Shown: positions 13,370 to 26,862 of the stretch, piece after piece
Layout: every line of letters starts with the position of its first letter
Position numbering within the stretch: position 1 is the stretch's first letter
NCBI GenBank assembly: GCA_951406725.2
Contig: OX597820.1
Location: forward strand, 118,854,001-118,918,000
Length of the DNA: 64,000 nucleotides
Reading direction: 5' to 3'
DNA from: Octopus vulgaris
Lineage: Eukaryota
The notes under the pieces: generated by a model
The model's input: the letters and a program-made list of their open reading frames with translations, nothing else
What the model was told of the DNA's origin: nothing
The model's database searches: none
Program-made: the position numbers and the translations under genes

Positions 13370-13690
13370 ACAGATCACTGACTGACTGACGGATGGGAAC
13401 TTGAATCGAGATAAAAGCGCTGGTCAGGCATAAGCCCTTCGAAAAAGCCTGATAAAGGTAAAGATCGGCAAAAATCAGTCAGAGAGCAAATGTACAATGT
13501 TCAGGAATGGAGACGAATATATTTATCACTGTTTGAGTAAGTGCAGTATACTAGCAGAAAACGAGTATAAAAGAGATGAAACTCGCATTGTAGAAAAGTA
13601 GCATTCTATCTTCTACCAGAAGATTCTTGAAATTTCCGGAGCCCCATCACCAAATCTCAAGATAAAATATCTGATTAATTAGCATGCACA
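13370..13690 (+). mobile_element. Old Dong-type LINE remnant (degenerate zinc knuckle plus 3' tail)
   Basis: SKCTMFRNGDEYIYHCLSKCSILAENEYKR; the tail motif tcaccaaatctca recurs at about 35636. Confidence 0.65.
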
Positions 13691-13762
13691 AATAATAATA
13701 GTAATAATAATAATAATAATGATAATAATAATAATAATGATAATAATAATAATAATGATAAA

Positions 13763-13853
<91 letters not shown>

Positions 13854-13854
13854 C

Positions 13855-15266
13855 ACACAAATGAAAGAGAAAATAAAAAAAGAATATTATAGACGAGTTA
13901 GATCAATACTAAAAACAGAGCTCAATGCTAAAAACAAGATAATAGGTATCAACACTTTAGCTGTCCCAGTTATAATTTACAGCTACAATATCCTTAACTG
14001 GACACGAAATGAACTGTCCAAAATAGATAGGAAAACAAGAAAAATACTGACAGGATCTAGGATGCATCACCCAAAATCTGACATAGAAAGACTATATATA
14101 CAACGCATAGAAGGTGGTAGAGGCCTTATACAGCTGGAAAACTACTATAAAATAACCACCATAGGACTGCAAAAATATCTACTTCAGAAGGAAGGAAAAC
14201 TGATCCAGATAGCAGCAAAACACGAGCAAAACAAAAAACTGTTCTCAGTATTTAAGGAAGCTGACAAATACAAACAAGAAATCATACCACCTAATAAACA
14301 CGAAGAAGAAGAAGAAGAAGATGATGAAGAAACAACAAAAGCTATAAAACAAATGAAATCCAAACTAAAAATAGAACAGCAACGAACCATGATAAAACGA
14401 TGGCAAGAAAAGCCCCTTCATGGTAAATACTGCACTAAACTAAACGCAAAAGAAATAGACAAAGAAAAATCCCAGCAATGGTTGAGAAGCTCAGGACTCA
14501 AAGCAGAAACAGAGGGATTTTTAATTGCAGCACAAGACCAAAGCCACCCCACCAGAAATTACCAAAAACATGTAATGAAAAGAAATATTACAAGTAACTG
14601 CAGAATATGTGGAGATGGACAAGAAACAATAAATCATATTATCTCTAGCTGCCCAGTCCTGGCTAAGAAGGAATATATTCACAGACATGACAGAGTTGGA
14701 ACCTACATACATTGGAAGCTATGCCAACATTATGGAATAACAACAGAAAAAAGATGGTATAGGCACACACCAGAAAAGGTCACAGAAAACGAGAAAGCAA
14801 CCATGCTCTGGGATATGCCGATACACACAGATAGAGAAATTAAGGCCAACAGACCAGATATAGTTGTCAGAGATCATGAAGGAAAAAAATGCTTTCAAAT
14901 TGATGTATCAATACCGGCAGATGACAACGTGTCTCTAAAAGAAATGGAGAAACTCTCAAAATACAAAGACCTGGAAATAGAGGTAACTAGAATGTGGAAT
15001 CTGAAAACAGAAACAATTCCTATCATAGTAGGTGCATTAGGCATGATAAAAAAATATCCAGACAAATACATAACAAAAACACCAGGACTTACAAACACAT
15101 ATAACATACAGAAAATTGCACTACTAGGCACTGCACACATCCTACGCAGAACACTTTCCATGCAATAACCATCAGAGCATCACAACAAATCACAGCACAT
15201 ACCCAAGGCACACAGAGCTGCGCTCGGTAGTGAAGTGAAAGCACGCTATAAAAATAAAACTACTGA
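13855..15266 (+). mobile_element. Young 5'-truncated R4/Dong-clade RLE LINE inserted in (AAT)n
   Basis: Intact 435-aa frame, about 100-bp 3' UTR, (AAT)n on both sides. Dong elements are known to target TAA repeats. Confidence 0.95.
13861..15168 (+). CDS. C-terminal half of a non-LTR retrotransposon protein (RT thumb, CCHC knuckle, restriction-like PD-(D/E)xK endonuclease); truncated
   Basis: GGRGL, CRICGDGQETINHIISSC, RHDRVG, RPDIVV...IDVSIP...EKLSKYKDL, PIIVGALG. Confidence 0.93.
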   Translation: MKEKIKKEYYRRVRSILKTELNAKNKIIGINTLAVPVIIYSYNILNWTRNELSKIDRKTRKILTGSRMHHPKSDIERLYIQRIEGGRGLIQLENYYKITTIGLQKYLLQKEGKLIQIAAKHEQNKKLFSVFKEADKYKQEIIPPNKHEEEEEEDDEETTKAIKQMKSKLKIEQQRTMIKRWQEKPLHGKYCTKLNAKEIDKEKSQQWLRSSGLKAETEGFLIAAQDQSHPTRNYQKHVMKRNITSNCRICGDGQETINHIISSCPVLAKKEYIHRHDRVGTYIHWKLCQHYGITTEKRWYRHTPEKVTENEKATMLWDMPIHTDREIKANRPDIVVRDHEGKKCFQIDVSIPADDNVSLKEMEKLSKYKDLEIEVTRMWNLKTETIPIIVGALGMIKKYPDKYITKTPGLTNTYNIQKIALLGTAHILRRTLSMQ

Positions 15267-15278
15267 ATAATAATAATG

Positions 15279-15319
<41 letters not shown>

Positions 15320-15324
15320 CATAA

Positions 15325-15650
15325 TAAGGTATGCGATAAAGGAGAAAGAAAAGTCGATAGATATGACAGGTTAGCTTGGGCGGTTAAGCAGTTGTGGTCG
15401 ATGAAAAAGGTGGTGGTAGAAGTACCAATAATTGTTGGAGCCCTGGGAACAGTGAGTAAAAATCTTGAGAAGTATATGGAACAAATAGGGGCTGCAATGA
15501 AGGTGGAGCACTAGCAAAAAACACCACTGCTTGGTACTCCTCGAATACTCTGGAAGGTGCTCGAAAAATAAGGGGTGTTACCTTAGTTCACTTGTTGTGA
15601 ACAGCTGACGCTGTAATACATCTCCAGCGTTAGAAGCTGTGCAAAGGCAA
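15325..15650 (+). mobile_element. Dong-type LINE 3' end (family 2) between (AAT)n tracts
   Basis: KVDRYDRLAWAVKQLWSMKKV..VPIIVGALGTVSKNLEKY; homologous to 36118-36520. Confidence 0.88.
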
Positions 15651-15778
15651 TAATAATAATAATAATAATAACAAGTAAACAGTGAGTTCTTTTGCCCTAG
15701 GTATCGGGAAGGCACTCGGTAAGAAACAGAAACAACATAGAAAAAAGAAAATTAATAATAATAATAATAATAATAATA

Positions 15779-15809
<31 letters not shown>

Positions 15810-15879
15810 GAATAAAAAGATAAAGATGAAATGCTGTTAATGCTGTTTAGTGATGATGAATAATTGAAGATGATGACGA

Positions 15880-16035
15880 CTATCGTACAAACATCAATGC
15901 TAATAACCACGCAACTTTAATCTCCAACACCACCAGTACCATCATCATCGCCATCATCGTCATCACGACCAACACCACCATCATCACCATCATCATCATC
16001 ACCAGCACCATCATCACCCTCATCATCTTCATCAG

Positions 16036-16069
<34 letters not shown>

Positions 16070-16279
16070 GTCGTCGTCGTCGTCGTCGGCGGCGGCGTCA
16101 TCATCATCATCATCATCACCGGCACCATCATCACTCTCATCATCATCATCATCATCATCATCATCACCATCATCATCATCAACACCCTCATCATCATCAT
16201 CATCACCCTCACCATCATCATCATCATCATCATCATCATCCTCACCATCATCATCATCATCACCCTCATCATTATCATC

Positions 16280-16317
<38 letters not shown>

Positions 16318-16432
16318 CACCATCATCATCATCATCACCCTCATCATCATTATCTCCATCATCATCACCCTCACCATCATCATCATCATCATCATCATCT
16401 TCATCATCATCATCCTCCATCATCCTCACCGC

Positions 16433-16467
<35 letters not shown>

Positions 16468-16501
16468 CTACCACCACCACCATCATCATCACATCACCAC
16501 C

Positions 16502-16552
<51 letters not shown>

Positions 16553-17140
16553 GTCGTCGTCATCATCGTCATCATCATCATCATCGTCATCATATCATCG
16601 TTAATCACTTATTCATTGATCGATCGATCCATCCTACATCGAATTCATCAATGCACCATTATCTACACCTGCAATCTCCAATCCATACGAAACGCTCCAA
16701 ACATCCACATCTTCCATTCAATTATCCTCCATCCATCCATCCATGTGTTTATCCATCTTTGCAGCTACCGACCTACCCACATCATCATCATCATCATCAA
16801 CGTCAACCTCGCCATCACCGTCGTCATTATTATCATTTCATCCCACTTCTCCTCCTGCGCGCATGAATATCATCATCATTACAACAACCACCACCAACAA
16901 CAACACCACCACCGCCGCCGCCACCGTCACGACCACCTCTGCTGTCACTTCTTCCACCACCGACATCAGCACCAGCACCAGCACCACCACTACTCCTCCC
17001 CCAAACCGCCACCACCATAACCACCACTACGAACAATAACAACATCCGCCATCATGGTCGTCGTCGTAGTCCACCTCCTCCTCCTCCTCCTCCTCCTTCT
17101 CCTCCTTCTCCTCCTCCTCCTCCTCATCATCATCATTATC
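15880..17140. repeat. Degenerate (CAT)n/(CAC)n/(CCT)n trinucleotide field
   Basis: Read directly; explains the poly-M/D/H ORFs. Confidence 0.95.
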
Positions 17141-17544
17141 ATTCTCTCTCTTGTCCTTCCCATATCTCCTGACTTTCCAATTCCTTCTCCAAAGTGTGCA
17201 TGGCCCGAGAAGGTTTTCTTTTGTCGAGGACCAATACCGAACCATTAACGCAACAGTCATCCCTCTACGGTCATCGATGTGGCTGAAAGGAAATTCAAGG
17301 TATTGCATGGATGAAATATCAACGTGGCTTCAGCTTGCATTGAACTTTAGAACGTCCCACCGGTACCAATTCCGCCAGTTATTGCATGCTAGGCCCTAAA
17401 ACAATTTTGCCAAACCAAGTCAAAAACCAATGTTATATGTCGACCTCGAAGTCCACATAAAAGTAGACCTTTATGAATTATCGGGCTGTCGATGAATATT
17501 AAAAACAATTTCATAGACAGATATTCTTTAATATGTATAAAGCG

Positions 17545-17720
17545 ATGAGCCGGCGGAATTGTCAGCGCGTCGAACAAAAAATTTAATAGCGTTTTTCCTA
17601 CTCTTTATGATCTAAGTTTAAATTTCGCCGTATCCAAATTTTGTCTTTCATCCTTTCGCAGTCGCTAAATCAATATTAACATTTGAACACTGCGCTCGAA
17701 GTAATCGATTTATACCATTC
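17545..17720 (+). mobile_element. SINE family B, degraded
   Basis: tgtctttcatcctttcgcagtcgctaaat core and gtaatcgattt. Confidence 0.7.
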
Positions 17721-18092
17721 CATAGAGGGGTTGGTTTTGTGGAGAAAATTCCAACCATTATTTGAGATGTACATAACTACAAAGCCAAAAAAAAAAACTT
17801 CGAGGAAATGGTTGTTTTATCATTTTTACATTAAGACAGCTTTGATAGCACCAGAACAAAGATCAAATCTGACCCAACCGTTCACTTATCGTCCTTTACG
17901 AGATATAATTCAAGTAAGAGATGAAGAGAGACACAAAAAGAGAGAGAGAGATAAAAGGAGAGAGAGAGAGTGTGTGGGAGAGAGAGAGAGCGATATAGAT
18001 TGAACTACTGGGATATTTTATATAAATTGTTTTACGTTTATATTCTGAAATTGTACGCTTTTCGTCCACTTTACTTCTGTAATTAAGATTAT

Positions 18093-18150
<58 letters not shown>

Positions 18151-18698
18151 TATAGAAACTATAACGGCCTCTATTCCATGGAGATGGTTGGTTTCTGACA
18201 TTTAATAGTCACAAACAGAGGGCAGCTGCTTCGAACTCTCTCATGCACCAAATGGCAATTGCTAAAAAGCATTCGTGAAGTAAAATCATGTAGCAACACC
18301 AAATGGCAGTGCCCCAGCATGGCCACAGCTCGTGAGCTGAAACCATATAAAATATAATAAACATACGTCTTTCCAAATCCGGCCAACTTTTGTGCATTCG
18401 ATCCTCTCTTTCCTGTACTAGCTATTAATCACAATCGTTCTGCCTCGGCATTTCGCCCCTCTGGAATCTTCTCCCATTTCATACAAGTGTTGGCCTGTAA
18501 CAATATAGACAAAACAACAACATCACTATCATTAAGTTTGTATACCCTAAAAATGTCATGGAAATTGCCCCTAATTTCAGACTCAATATGAAAAACATAT
18601 TTGGAAAATACAGTTCTATATTTAAAAGATGAGAAATTATGTACATTGTTTACATTATTTACATTAGACCGATATTTGTCCTCATCTTGTTTGTTGTT

Positions 18699-18744
18699 AA
18701 CACAACGTTTCGTCTGATATACCCTCCAGCCTTCATCAGGTGTC
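18699..18744 (-). ncRNA. Minimal type I hammerhead ribozyme motif
   Basis: GACAC-CUGAUGA-A-GGCUG(loop)CAGAC-GAAA-CG-UU-GUGUU; stem I GACAC/GUGUU; one mismatch in stem II. Confidence 0.7.
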
Positions 18745-18840
18745 TTGGGGGAAATTTCGAACCTGGGTTCTCATTTCTAAGGTATTTTTCGATGTTATTA
18801 TTATTATTATTATTATTAATATTGTTATTATTATTAAGGT

Positions 18841-18903
18841 CACAGCTTGGAATCGAACTCGAAATCTTGGGGTTAGCAGCCTGCGCTCTTAACCACTACG
18901 CCA
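18841..18903 (-). promoter_or_regulatory. tRNA-derived Pol III promoter (A and B boxes)
   Basis: TGGCGTAGTGGTTAAGAGCGC...GGCTGCTAACC...GAGTTCGATTCC; no convincing acceptor stem, so not a tRNA gene. Confidence 0.75.
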
Positions 18904-18990
18904 TATTTCAGTGGGCAATTATGGAGTGAATTTTAGGGCTTGTAAATCTAATATTTTTCGAATGAGAACCCAAGATCGAAATTTCTCCAA

Positions 18991-19036
18991 GTTACTTGAT
19001 GAAGGCTGCAGGGTATATCAGCCGAAACGTTGTGTT
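18991..19036 (+). ncRNA. Second, inverted copy of the hammerhead motif (C3U variant)
   Basis: UAC-UUGAUGA-A-GGCUG(loop)CAGCC-GAAA-CG-UU-GUGUU; perfect stem II. Confidence 0.6.
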
Positions 19037-19320
19037 AACAACAAACAAGATGAGGAAAAATATCCGTCAAATGTAAATAATGTAAATAATGTAAATAATG
19101 TATATCTGGAAAAGTTAGAGACGCTTACACGTTTACATAAAATATAATAATTCAGATGGGCAAAACGTCCAGACTCTCTGAATTATTAGGAACTGTAATC
19201 AGATGGTACAGCTGTGTACCTTAACATATCTCTCTTCAAGGAAAGTCCGGAAGAATATTTCAAATCACGACTCAAAATAATTTTTAAAATACGGGGTGCC
19301 AATCAACGTCTGAATCGTCG

Positions 19321-19543
19321 CGGCGAGCTGGCAGAAACGTTAAGCACGCCGGGCGAAATGCGTCGCCGTATTTCGTCTGCCGTTACGTTCTGAGTTCAAA
19401 TTCCGCCGAAGTCGACATTACCTTTCATCCTTTCGATAAATTCAGTACCAGTAACGCACTGGGGTCGATGTAATCGACTTAATCCGTTTGTCTGTCTTTG
19501 TTTGTCCCCTCTATGTTTAGCCTCTTGTAGGTAATAAAGAAAC
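19321..19543 (+). mobile_element. SINE family B
   Basis: Matches 5076-5307; tail ends gtaataaagaaacata. Confidence 0.93.
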
Positions 19544-19675
19544 ATATATATATTCTAAACTTGTTGATACATGTGTGTCTGAGGAAATTATTTCTCGGGA
19601 AATTATCTACGACCTGATGACGTGTTATCGATGTGAACTCTGTCTCATCTGAAGTCAGCAATATAAAAAGAAGAC

Positions 19676-20130
19676 GGATCCTTACGGTTTGAACGGCAGA
19701 TTTTAGCATAATTTCTAGGTAACTAAAAAAAATGTTAACTTCGTATACTGGTAGAATGTGTTTATAAAACATCTTTTTCTCTTGGCTTTATTGAGAAAAT
19801 TCTATACTTTGTAAGATATTTGTTGTTTGTTTTTCTTCAATTTCTTCAATTTCAACCAATCAGTGACGTCTATCGAGGTAAAAAGCATTCTGTGCCGTAT
19901 GAATATGTCCCTCGTTTAAGAAACAGATTGGGTTTATTTACATTTGTGAAGAAAAAAAGGTACCCTTAACCCTAATCCTAACCATAACCAAAACTAACCC
20001 TAACTAAGCCTAACTAACCCAAACCCTAAAACAGATCGAAATGCAATAGATCGATACTAGGGTCATAATTATAGGTGACAATTTCATATGACACCGCTAG
20101 GAAAAACTGCCGTTCAAACCGAAAAGAGCC
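19676..20130. mobile_element. MITE with about 28-bp TIRs, 5-bp TSD and internal telomere-like repeats
   Basis: Left ggatccttacggtttgaacggcagatttt; right aaaactgccgttcaaaccgaaaagagcc; AAGAC on both flanks; degenerate (TAACCC)n at about 19962-20028. Confidence 0.85.
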
Positions 20131-20574
20131 AAGACGACATTGTGTTCATAAATTAGCGATATTTAGTAATAGAAATATGCCTAATCGATAGTTGTGTTAA
20201 AAGAATTCGCTTTTTATAAGTTTAACTTGGGAGATAGTAGTAGTGTTGGTAATATCTGCAGTTTTGACCAATCTGGAAGTAAAACACGAAATGAAGAAGA
20301 ATAGCCAATTCGATTGCTTGTGAAGGCAATTAGAGGGAACTTGGTAACATGGTAATGGTATTAAACCGGATCTTGTATTTGATATAACCAACTACAAATT
20401 AGTAATAATGATGCGAATTTAATCAAAAGTGTTGCAGTGGATCAGCATGGCAGTGTAGATTATTTTACAATTAATAGATTTTGCAATGCAACGCAGTGAA
20501 TCAGATGCAAAGTAAAAGCTACTGAATATGATAATAAAGATGAATATATGATGACGGGAATGGTAATGTCAATA

Positions 20575-20607
<33 letters not shown>

Positions 20608-20830
20608 CTAGTATATATGATGTTGCTGATGGCCACTATGACGATGGCTGTGGTGATGTTTGGACAGGGAATGTACTTCGGTTACACGTGATTTGCATAA
20701 CGCCACCTTCTTGTCAGAAGTCGACCAACTGATTCTTCATTTTCGACACACTCTATAATTTTGTATACGTGCAGTGATTAGGTTATGAATGATGTATGCA
20801 AATATACGAACATACATTCATACATACACT

Positions 20831-21135
<305 letters not shown>

Positions 21136-21306
21136 GCACCCACACATATACAAAGTGCAAGTATGTATACATCTACGTGTAAGATTATATATGTCCGTGC
21201 GTGTATCTATGTGTATAGATGTATGTGTGCTTGCATAGATATATATGATATACCTATATTCAAATGTTTGCATGTACATCTGTACACATACACGAGAATA
21301 TGTATG

Positions 21307-21365
<59 letters not shown>

Positions 21366-21570
21366 ATGAATGTATGTATGAGCGCACTATCACAAATTCA
21401 TAGACAAACACACACATCAGTATGTAATGTGGGAATCCGTGTGAGAGTGGATCTATGGCCATCCATCCTCAAGAGATTGATGGATATAGATAAGTAGATG
21501 AGATATGTGTCAATAAGTGTAAATGTGTGATTACTGGTAATATATATTTTCTTTTTAAAGTGAGAATTAA

Positions 21571-21653
<83 letters not shown>

Positions 21654-22043
21654 AACCCCACAAAAGCATAGGGGGTGTAGAAAGAAGCAGGGACTAAGAA
21701 AAAACAAAATGGAGATTGATAGATGTTCATGCTGTAGGTTTAGGCATATGCATAAATGATTTGTTCCTGTCACAATTAACTGGCAGAAAAAATAAACTAG
21801 GAAATGGAAAAAAAAAATCAGCCTGGTGGAATTGGATACACGATGGGAATTAACGAGCAGGTTTGTGGCAATCTAACGGTCTACAGTCACTTTTTCATTC
21901 ACGCTAGAATATATTTATCAACAACTGTGAACGTATGTGGGACCGTTCATCTCTTTATCAACATATCTATGTGTATACCTACACATCCATCTACCTACCT
22001 ATCTATCAACTATAAAAAAATATACAGTACTTCTCTTTCTCTC

Positions 22044-22074
<31 letters not shown>

Positions 22075-22105
22075 CAATTTATCTATCTATCTATCTATCA
22101 ATCAA

Positions 22106-22156
<51 letters not shown>

Positions 22157-23541
22157 CTATCTACATCAATAGATACATACATTCATACATATATTACTCA
22201 AAATGGCAATATTCAATAGTACGGTTAATACTCAATAATAATGCTCTAATCAGTATTGTATAAATCGCTTTTAATCTTAAACCTGGCGATCGGACATATA
22301 TTTCAAGTTCATGTTGATAAACTTGGATATACGACTTTCGTGTTCGTGTTTATGAATACGTCCTCAGTTTTAAGATACATACATGCATAATTATATACAC
22401 CCATCCACACACATGCCATCTTTGTAACTTGCTGATTTTTGTGAATTGTGTCTTGTCAAACTTTCGTCATCTTTGTGACTTGTCAGTGCCGCCATGCAAG
22501 CTAGATCACCTTCTATGGCTAAATGCGTCTGGCATCGTTTCGGTTACGCAGTATTGGCAAATAAAAAGATGATGATACTTAAATAGCTGTCGCTCCTGTA
22601 ACACCACCTCATGAAAGTCATCTCGCTTGTCTGTGACTTCCAGGTGTTTTAACACCCGGTGAATTCATGAGAATATATATTCTCTTACGCCTATAAGCGC
22701 AGCCTGCTCACGAACTGACAAGACACATACCTTGTGTATGTGTGTTCGATATTCTTTGTATATACATATGTGTGTGTGTGTGAATCAAAGTGGATAAACT
22801 GTTGCTTAGTGGTTCACGTATGCGATTGTTTCCAACAATATTTGAATGATTTGTTCTGCCTTTCTAAGGTTACGGTCGATTAAACACCTTATGGTTCATC
22901 ATCCGACAAACTTTGATTCGGATATACATGCAAGTAAATTTAAATTTGACAAAGAATGAAGTATTTTATTTTTACATAATTGAATTCATTTATGAGCATT
23001 TTCTGTGGCTTGAAGAACAGTTTCCACTTTACAAAATGCCTCGTATGCGTGTGCGTAATCGATAAATTTATTAATCAATTAATCAATTAACGAATGGAAC
23101 AGTTATCCATTAATCATTCTCTTTAGAGCAAAGACTTTTATCAAATACTTGCTAAATTGACAATCCTTGGAAGTCAAATTAACTGTGGTGGAAGATCCTG
23201 GGAAGTCAATCTAAAACACGTCCGAGAAAAAAATTTGAATGTTGAACACTCCGCTGATCTCATATCGCAGGTCCATCCAAATAGGTTATTATCGAGTGTA
23301 GGAGTCTATTAAGCCTTTGAGAACATAGCTTAGGGCAGAATACTGCTAACTAAAAAATTATTCGCTGAGCAATCTGCGGCAGACATAGATTTAAAGTAAC
23401 TACAAGATGACGGAGGCGGAGATGTCGACTGCATAGCCACTGGGTGAAGAATTCATATCCGCCCCCCCCTATTTTCCTTTCGAGAATTATCAGTTTTACA
23501 ACAGTTGAAGTGAATTTAATTAAATAAAAAAAAATCAACTG

Positions 23542-23706
23542 AGGCGTAGGAGTGGCTGTGTGGTAAGTAGCTTGCTTACCAGCCACATGGTTCCGGGTTC
23601 AGTCCCACTGTGTGGCACCTTAGGCAAGTGTCTTCTACTATAGCCTCGGGCCGACCAAAGCTTTGTGAGTGGATTTGGTAGACGGAAACTGAAATAAGCC
23701 CGACGT

Positions 23707-23778
<72 letters not shown>

Positions 23779-23980
23779 TTGTGTGTCTGTGTTTGTCCCC
23801 TCAACATCGCTTGACAGCCGATGCTGGTGTGTTTACGTCCCCGTAACTTAGCGGTTCGGCAAAAGAGACCGATAGAATAAGTACTAGGCTTACAAAGAAT
23901 AAGTCCCGGGGTCGATTTGCTCGACTAAAGGCGGTGCTCCAGCATGGTCACAGTCAAATGACTGAAACAAGTAATAGAGT
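23542..23980 (+). mobile_element. SINE family A, full length
   Basis: Head ggcgtaggagtggctgtgtggtaag...gggttcagtccc; internal (TA)n(TG)n; TSD AATCAACT (23533-23540 / 23981-23988). Confidence 0.95.
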
Positions 23981-24251
23981 AATCAACTCAGTGGCTTATG
24001 TCTGGGAAATAATCAAGGATTAGATTGAATATTAAAAACTCGAAAGAAGTGAATGTGTTTGTGATATCCAAGACATAATAAGACACCGTAGGCATTATCA
24101 GTCGTTTGGCATTGCCCAACTCGTACTTTATCGATACCGATGGACGCAAAGCAAAGTCGACGTCGGTGGATTTTATCCCAAAAGGCAAAGGGCGCGCAAA
24201 AATGTTCTTCAGCAATTTGTTCGAGGCGCTAAAGATTCTGCCATCTCACCG

Positions 24252-24319
<68 letters not shown>

Positions 24320-24435
24320 ATAATAATAATAATAATAATAATAAAAATAATAATAATAATGACGATGATGATGATGCTAATAATAATAGTGATAATGATA
24401 ATAATAATAATGATAATAACAATAATAATGACATT

Positions 24436-24485
<50 letters not shown>

Positions 24486-24564
24486 TAATAATAATAATAT
24501 GATGATAATAATAATAATAATAATAATAATGATAATAATAATAATAATAATAATGATGATGATG

Positions 24565-24652
<88 letters not shown>

Positions 24653-24664
24653 TAATAATGACAT

Positions 24665-24752
<88 letters not shown>

Positions 24753-24775
24753 TTAATAATAATAATAATGACATT

Positions 24776-24860
<85 letters not shown>

Positions 24861-24883
24861 TTAATAACAATAATAATGACATT

Positions 24884-24968
<85 letters not shown>

Positions 24969-24991
24969 TTAATAACAATAATAATGACATT

Positions 24992-25033
<42 letters not shown>

Positions 25034-25220
25034 AATAATAATAATATTAATGAATATGACACGAGATGTTTTATGATGATGATGATGATGACAACAATAA
25101 AACTGATTTTATTGTTGCTGATGATGATGGTGATTATGATCATAGCAACGACGATAGTAATGGCGATCATTGTCATGGTAATGAGAATGATGATGATGAT
25201 GATGACGACGATGATGTATT
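24252..25220. repeat. (ACT)n/(AAT)n/(GAT)n field with a higher-order period of about 108 bp
   Basis: Interruption gacattattaa recurs at about 24770, 24878 and 24986. Confidence 0.95.
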
Positions 25221-25664
25221 TTAAAGTTAGATATGGTGTGCAGCAGTTATGATAACTACGTCTATACATATGATAATTACATTGAAAGCAGAAACGATGG
25301 CTATCTTTACTGCTGGTTTATATCATCCCGATGTCTATGATTTGGTAATTTATAGGGTCTACGACGACGGCGATGGGGGCGGTGGTGGCGATAATGCTAC
25401 TTGTGATGATGATAATGATGATGATGGTTATGGTGGTGGTGGTGGTGATGTTTAGAAATGGTACTGATGATGATTATATGTTTCTGGTGTTTTTGGTCTT
25501 TGTGTTGATGGTTGGCAGCGGTAAGGGAGGCAACGACGTCTATAATTATCATAGTATTGTTGATGACGATGTTGATGATGATGATTTCAGCTGTTTCTAG
25601 GAGCTGGTTTAAATCAACCATTATGTTAATATAGGATGAAGTTACGAAAGATTAGGAGTCAACA

Positions 25665-25858
25665 GCGATGAGGACGACGTTGTGAACGATGACGACGACG
25701 ACGACAATGAGGATGATGATGATGATGATGATGATGACGATGATGATGATGATGATGTTGATGATGATGATGATGATGATGACGACGATGATGATGATGA
25801 TGACGATGATGACAAAGATGATGATGATGATGACGACGACGACGACGATGATGACAAA

Positions 25859-25914
<56 letters not shown>

Positions 25915-25985
25915 CGACAATGATGATGATGATGATGATGACGACGACGATGATGACAAAGATGATGATGTTGATGATGATGAAC
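25665..25985. repeat. (GAT/GAC)n microsatellite
   Basis: Read directly. Confidence 0.95.
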
Positions 25986-26862
25986 ATGGTGGAGATAGTG
26001 ACGATATTTTTTTTTATTGGTGGTGACGTTGTTTTGGTAGCATCGATGTATTTGTGACCAAAGTATATGATATTCGTTTCAGAGGAAACGACTATCACCT
26101 GTTTCTATTGCTTATGAGCAATTACTATGAGTAAAAGTAATTATGATTAATTTTTTAGTAGATATTAATGGAACAAATGGTCCTGTCTCATCATTGGGAA
26201 GAATTACAATTTTATTGCAATTATTGTTCCAGTGATTTGGGTAGCGGATTAGAAAACTCGTTAGAGTGTCGGGGGACAAAATGCCAAGAAACTTTTGTTC
26301 CTGACCTTGGAGTTGGAAATTTTTATTTCGACGCGGTCATATTTACCTTTCGTCTTTCCAGTATCGCTAAAACCTCATTAATCCGATCAGTTAGCCGCCT
26401 CAGCACCAATTCATGCCCACAATTAAAAGGGATTATTATAACAAGACTTCCGAGGTTGCCTTCCTTTTCATCCTTTCGGTCGGTGCCAAGAACATAAGTT
26501 CCACTTGACTCTGGGATCGATATAACTGTCTTACAACTTGTTCTGAAATTGGATTCCTTCAAAATTTGAAACCATTCTTAGAAGAACTTTAGAAATCATT
26601 ATTTTTTATCGCCTAAAGAAACGTGGTCGATGAAAGAATCGATCACAAATGGGGAATATTGAATAAGAGATCGCAGTTGCGTTTAGTTAATGTAAAAGTT
26701 CAAATAGCAACAGGGTAAAGTAAAATTCTCTCCTTTTTAGGGATTATACATGGACACCACTAACAATTTAATTGTTCCTATCACAGAGAGCGCTGCCTTG
26801 TTCGAAATTTGTTATTTGTGTTTGTTTGCCTTTATCTAAATATTTGTATCGTTTACAGCAAA

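Larger units (their letters stand above)
18641..19102 (-). mobile_element. tRNA-headed, hammerhead-bearing Penelope-like non-autonomous element with an inverted partial copy
   Basis: Arms 18641-18775 and 18961-19102 are reverse complements; tRNA-like head on the minus strand at 18841-18903. Confidence 0.75.

Noticed and set aside
15880-16492. Long acidic or Met-rich ORFs (also 25682-26057, 28649-29401, 24106-24669)
   Set aside because: Translations of trinucleotide microsatellites that are open in several frames; no domain or splice support.
18841-18903. Functional tRNA gene (likewise the heads at 3843, 41086 and 57520-57585)
   Set aside because: A and B boxes are present, but there is no convincing acceptor stem, and each is embedded in a repeat.
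19610-19655. Hammerhead-like CTGATGA (similar partial hits at about 30540-30565 minus, 46883-46925 and 47577)
   Set aside because: No complete stem II plus GAAA plus stem I; at best decayed remnants.
19962-20028. True telomere or chromosome-fusion scar
   Set aside because: Short, degenerate, and internal to a TIR element with a TSD.
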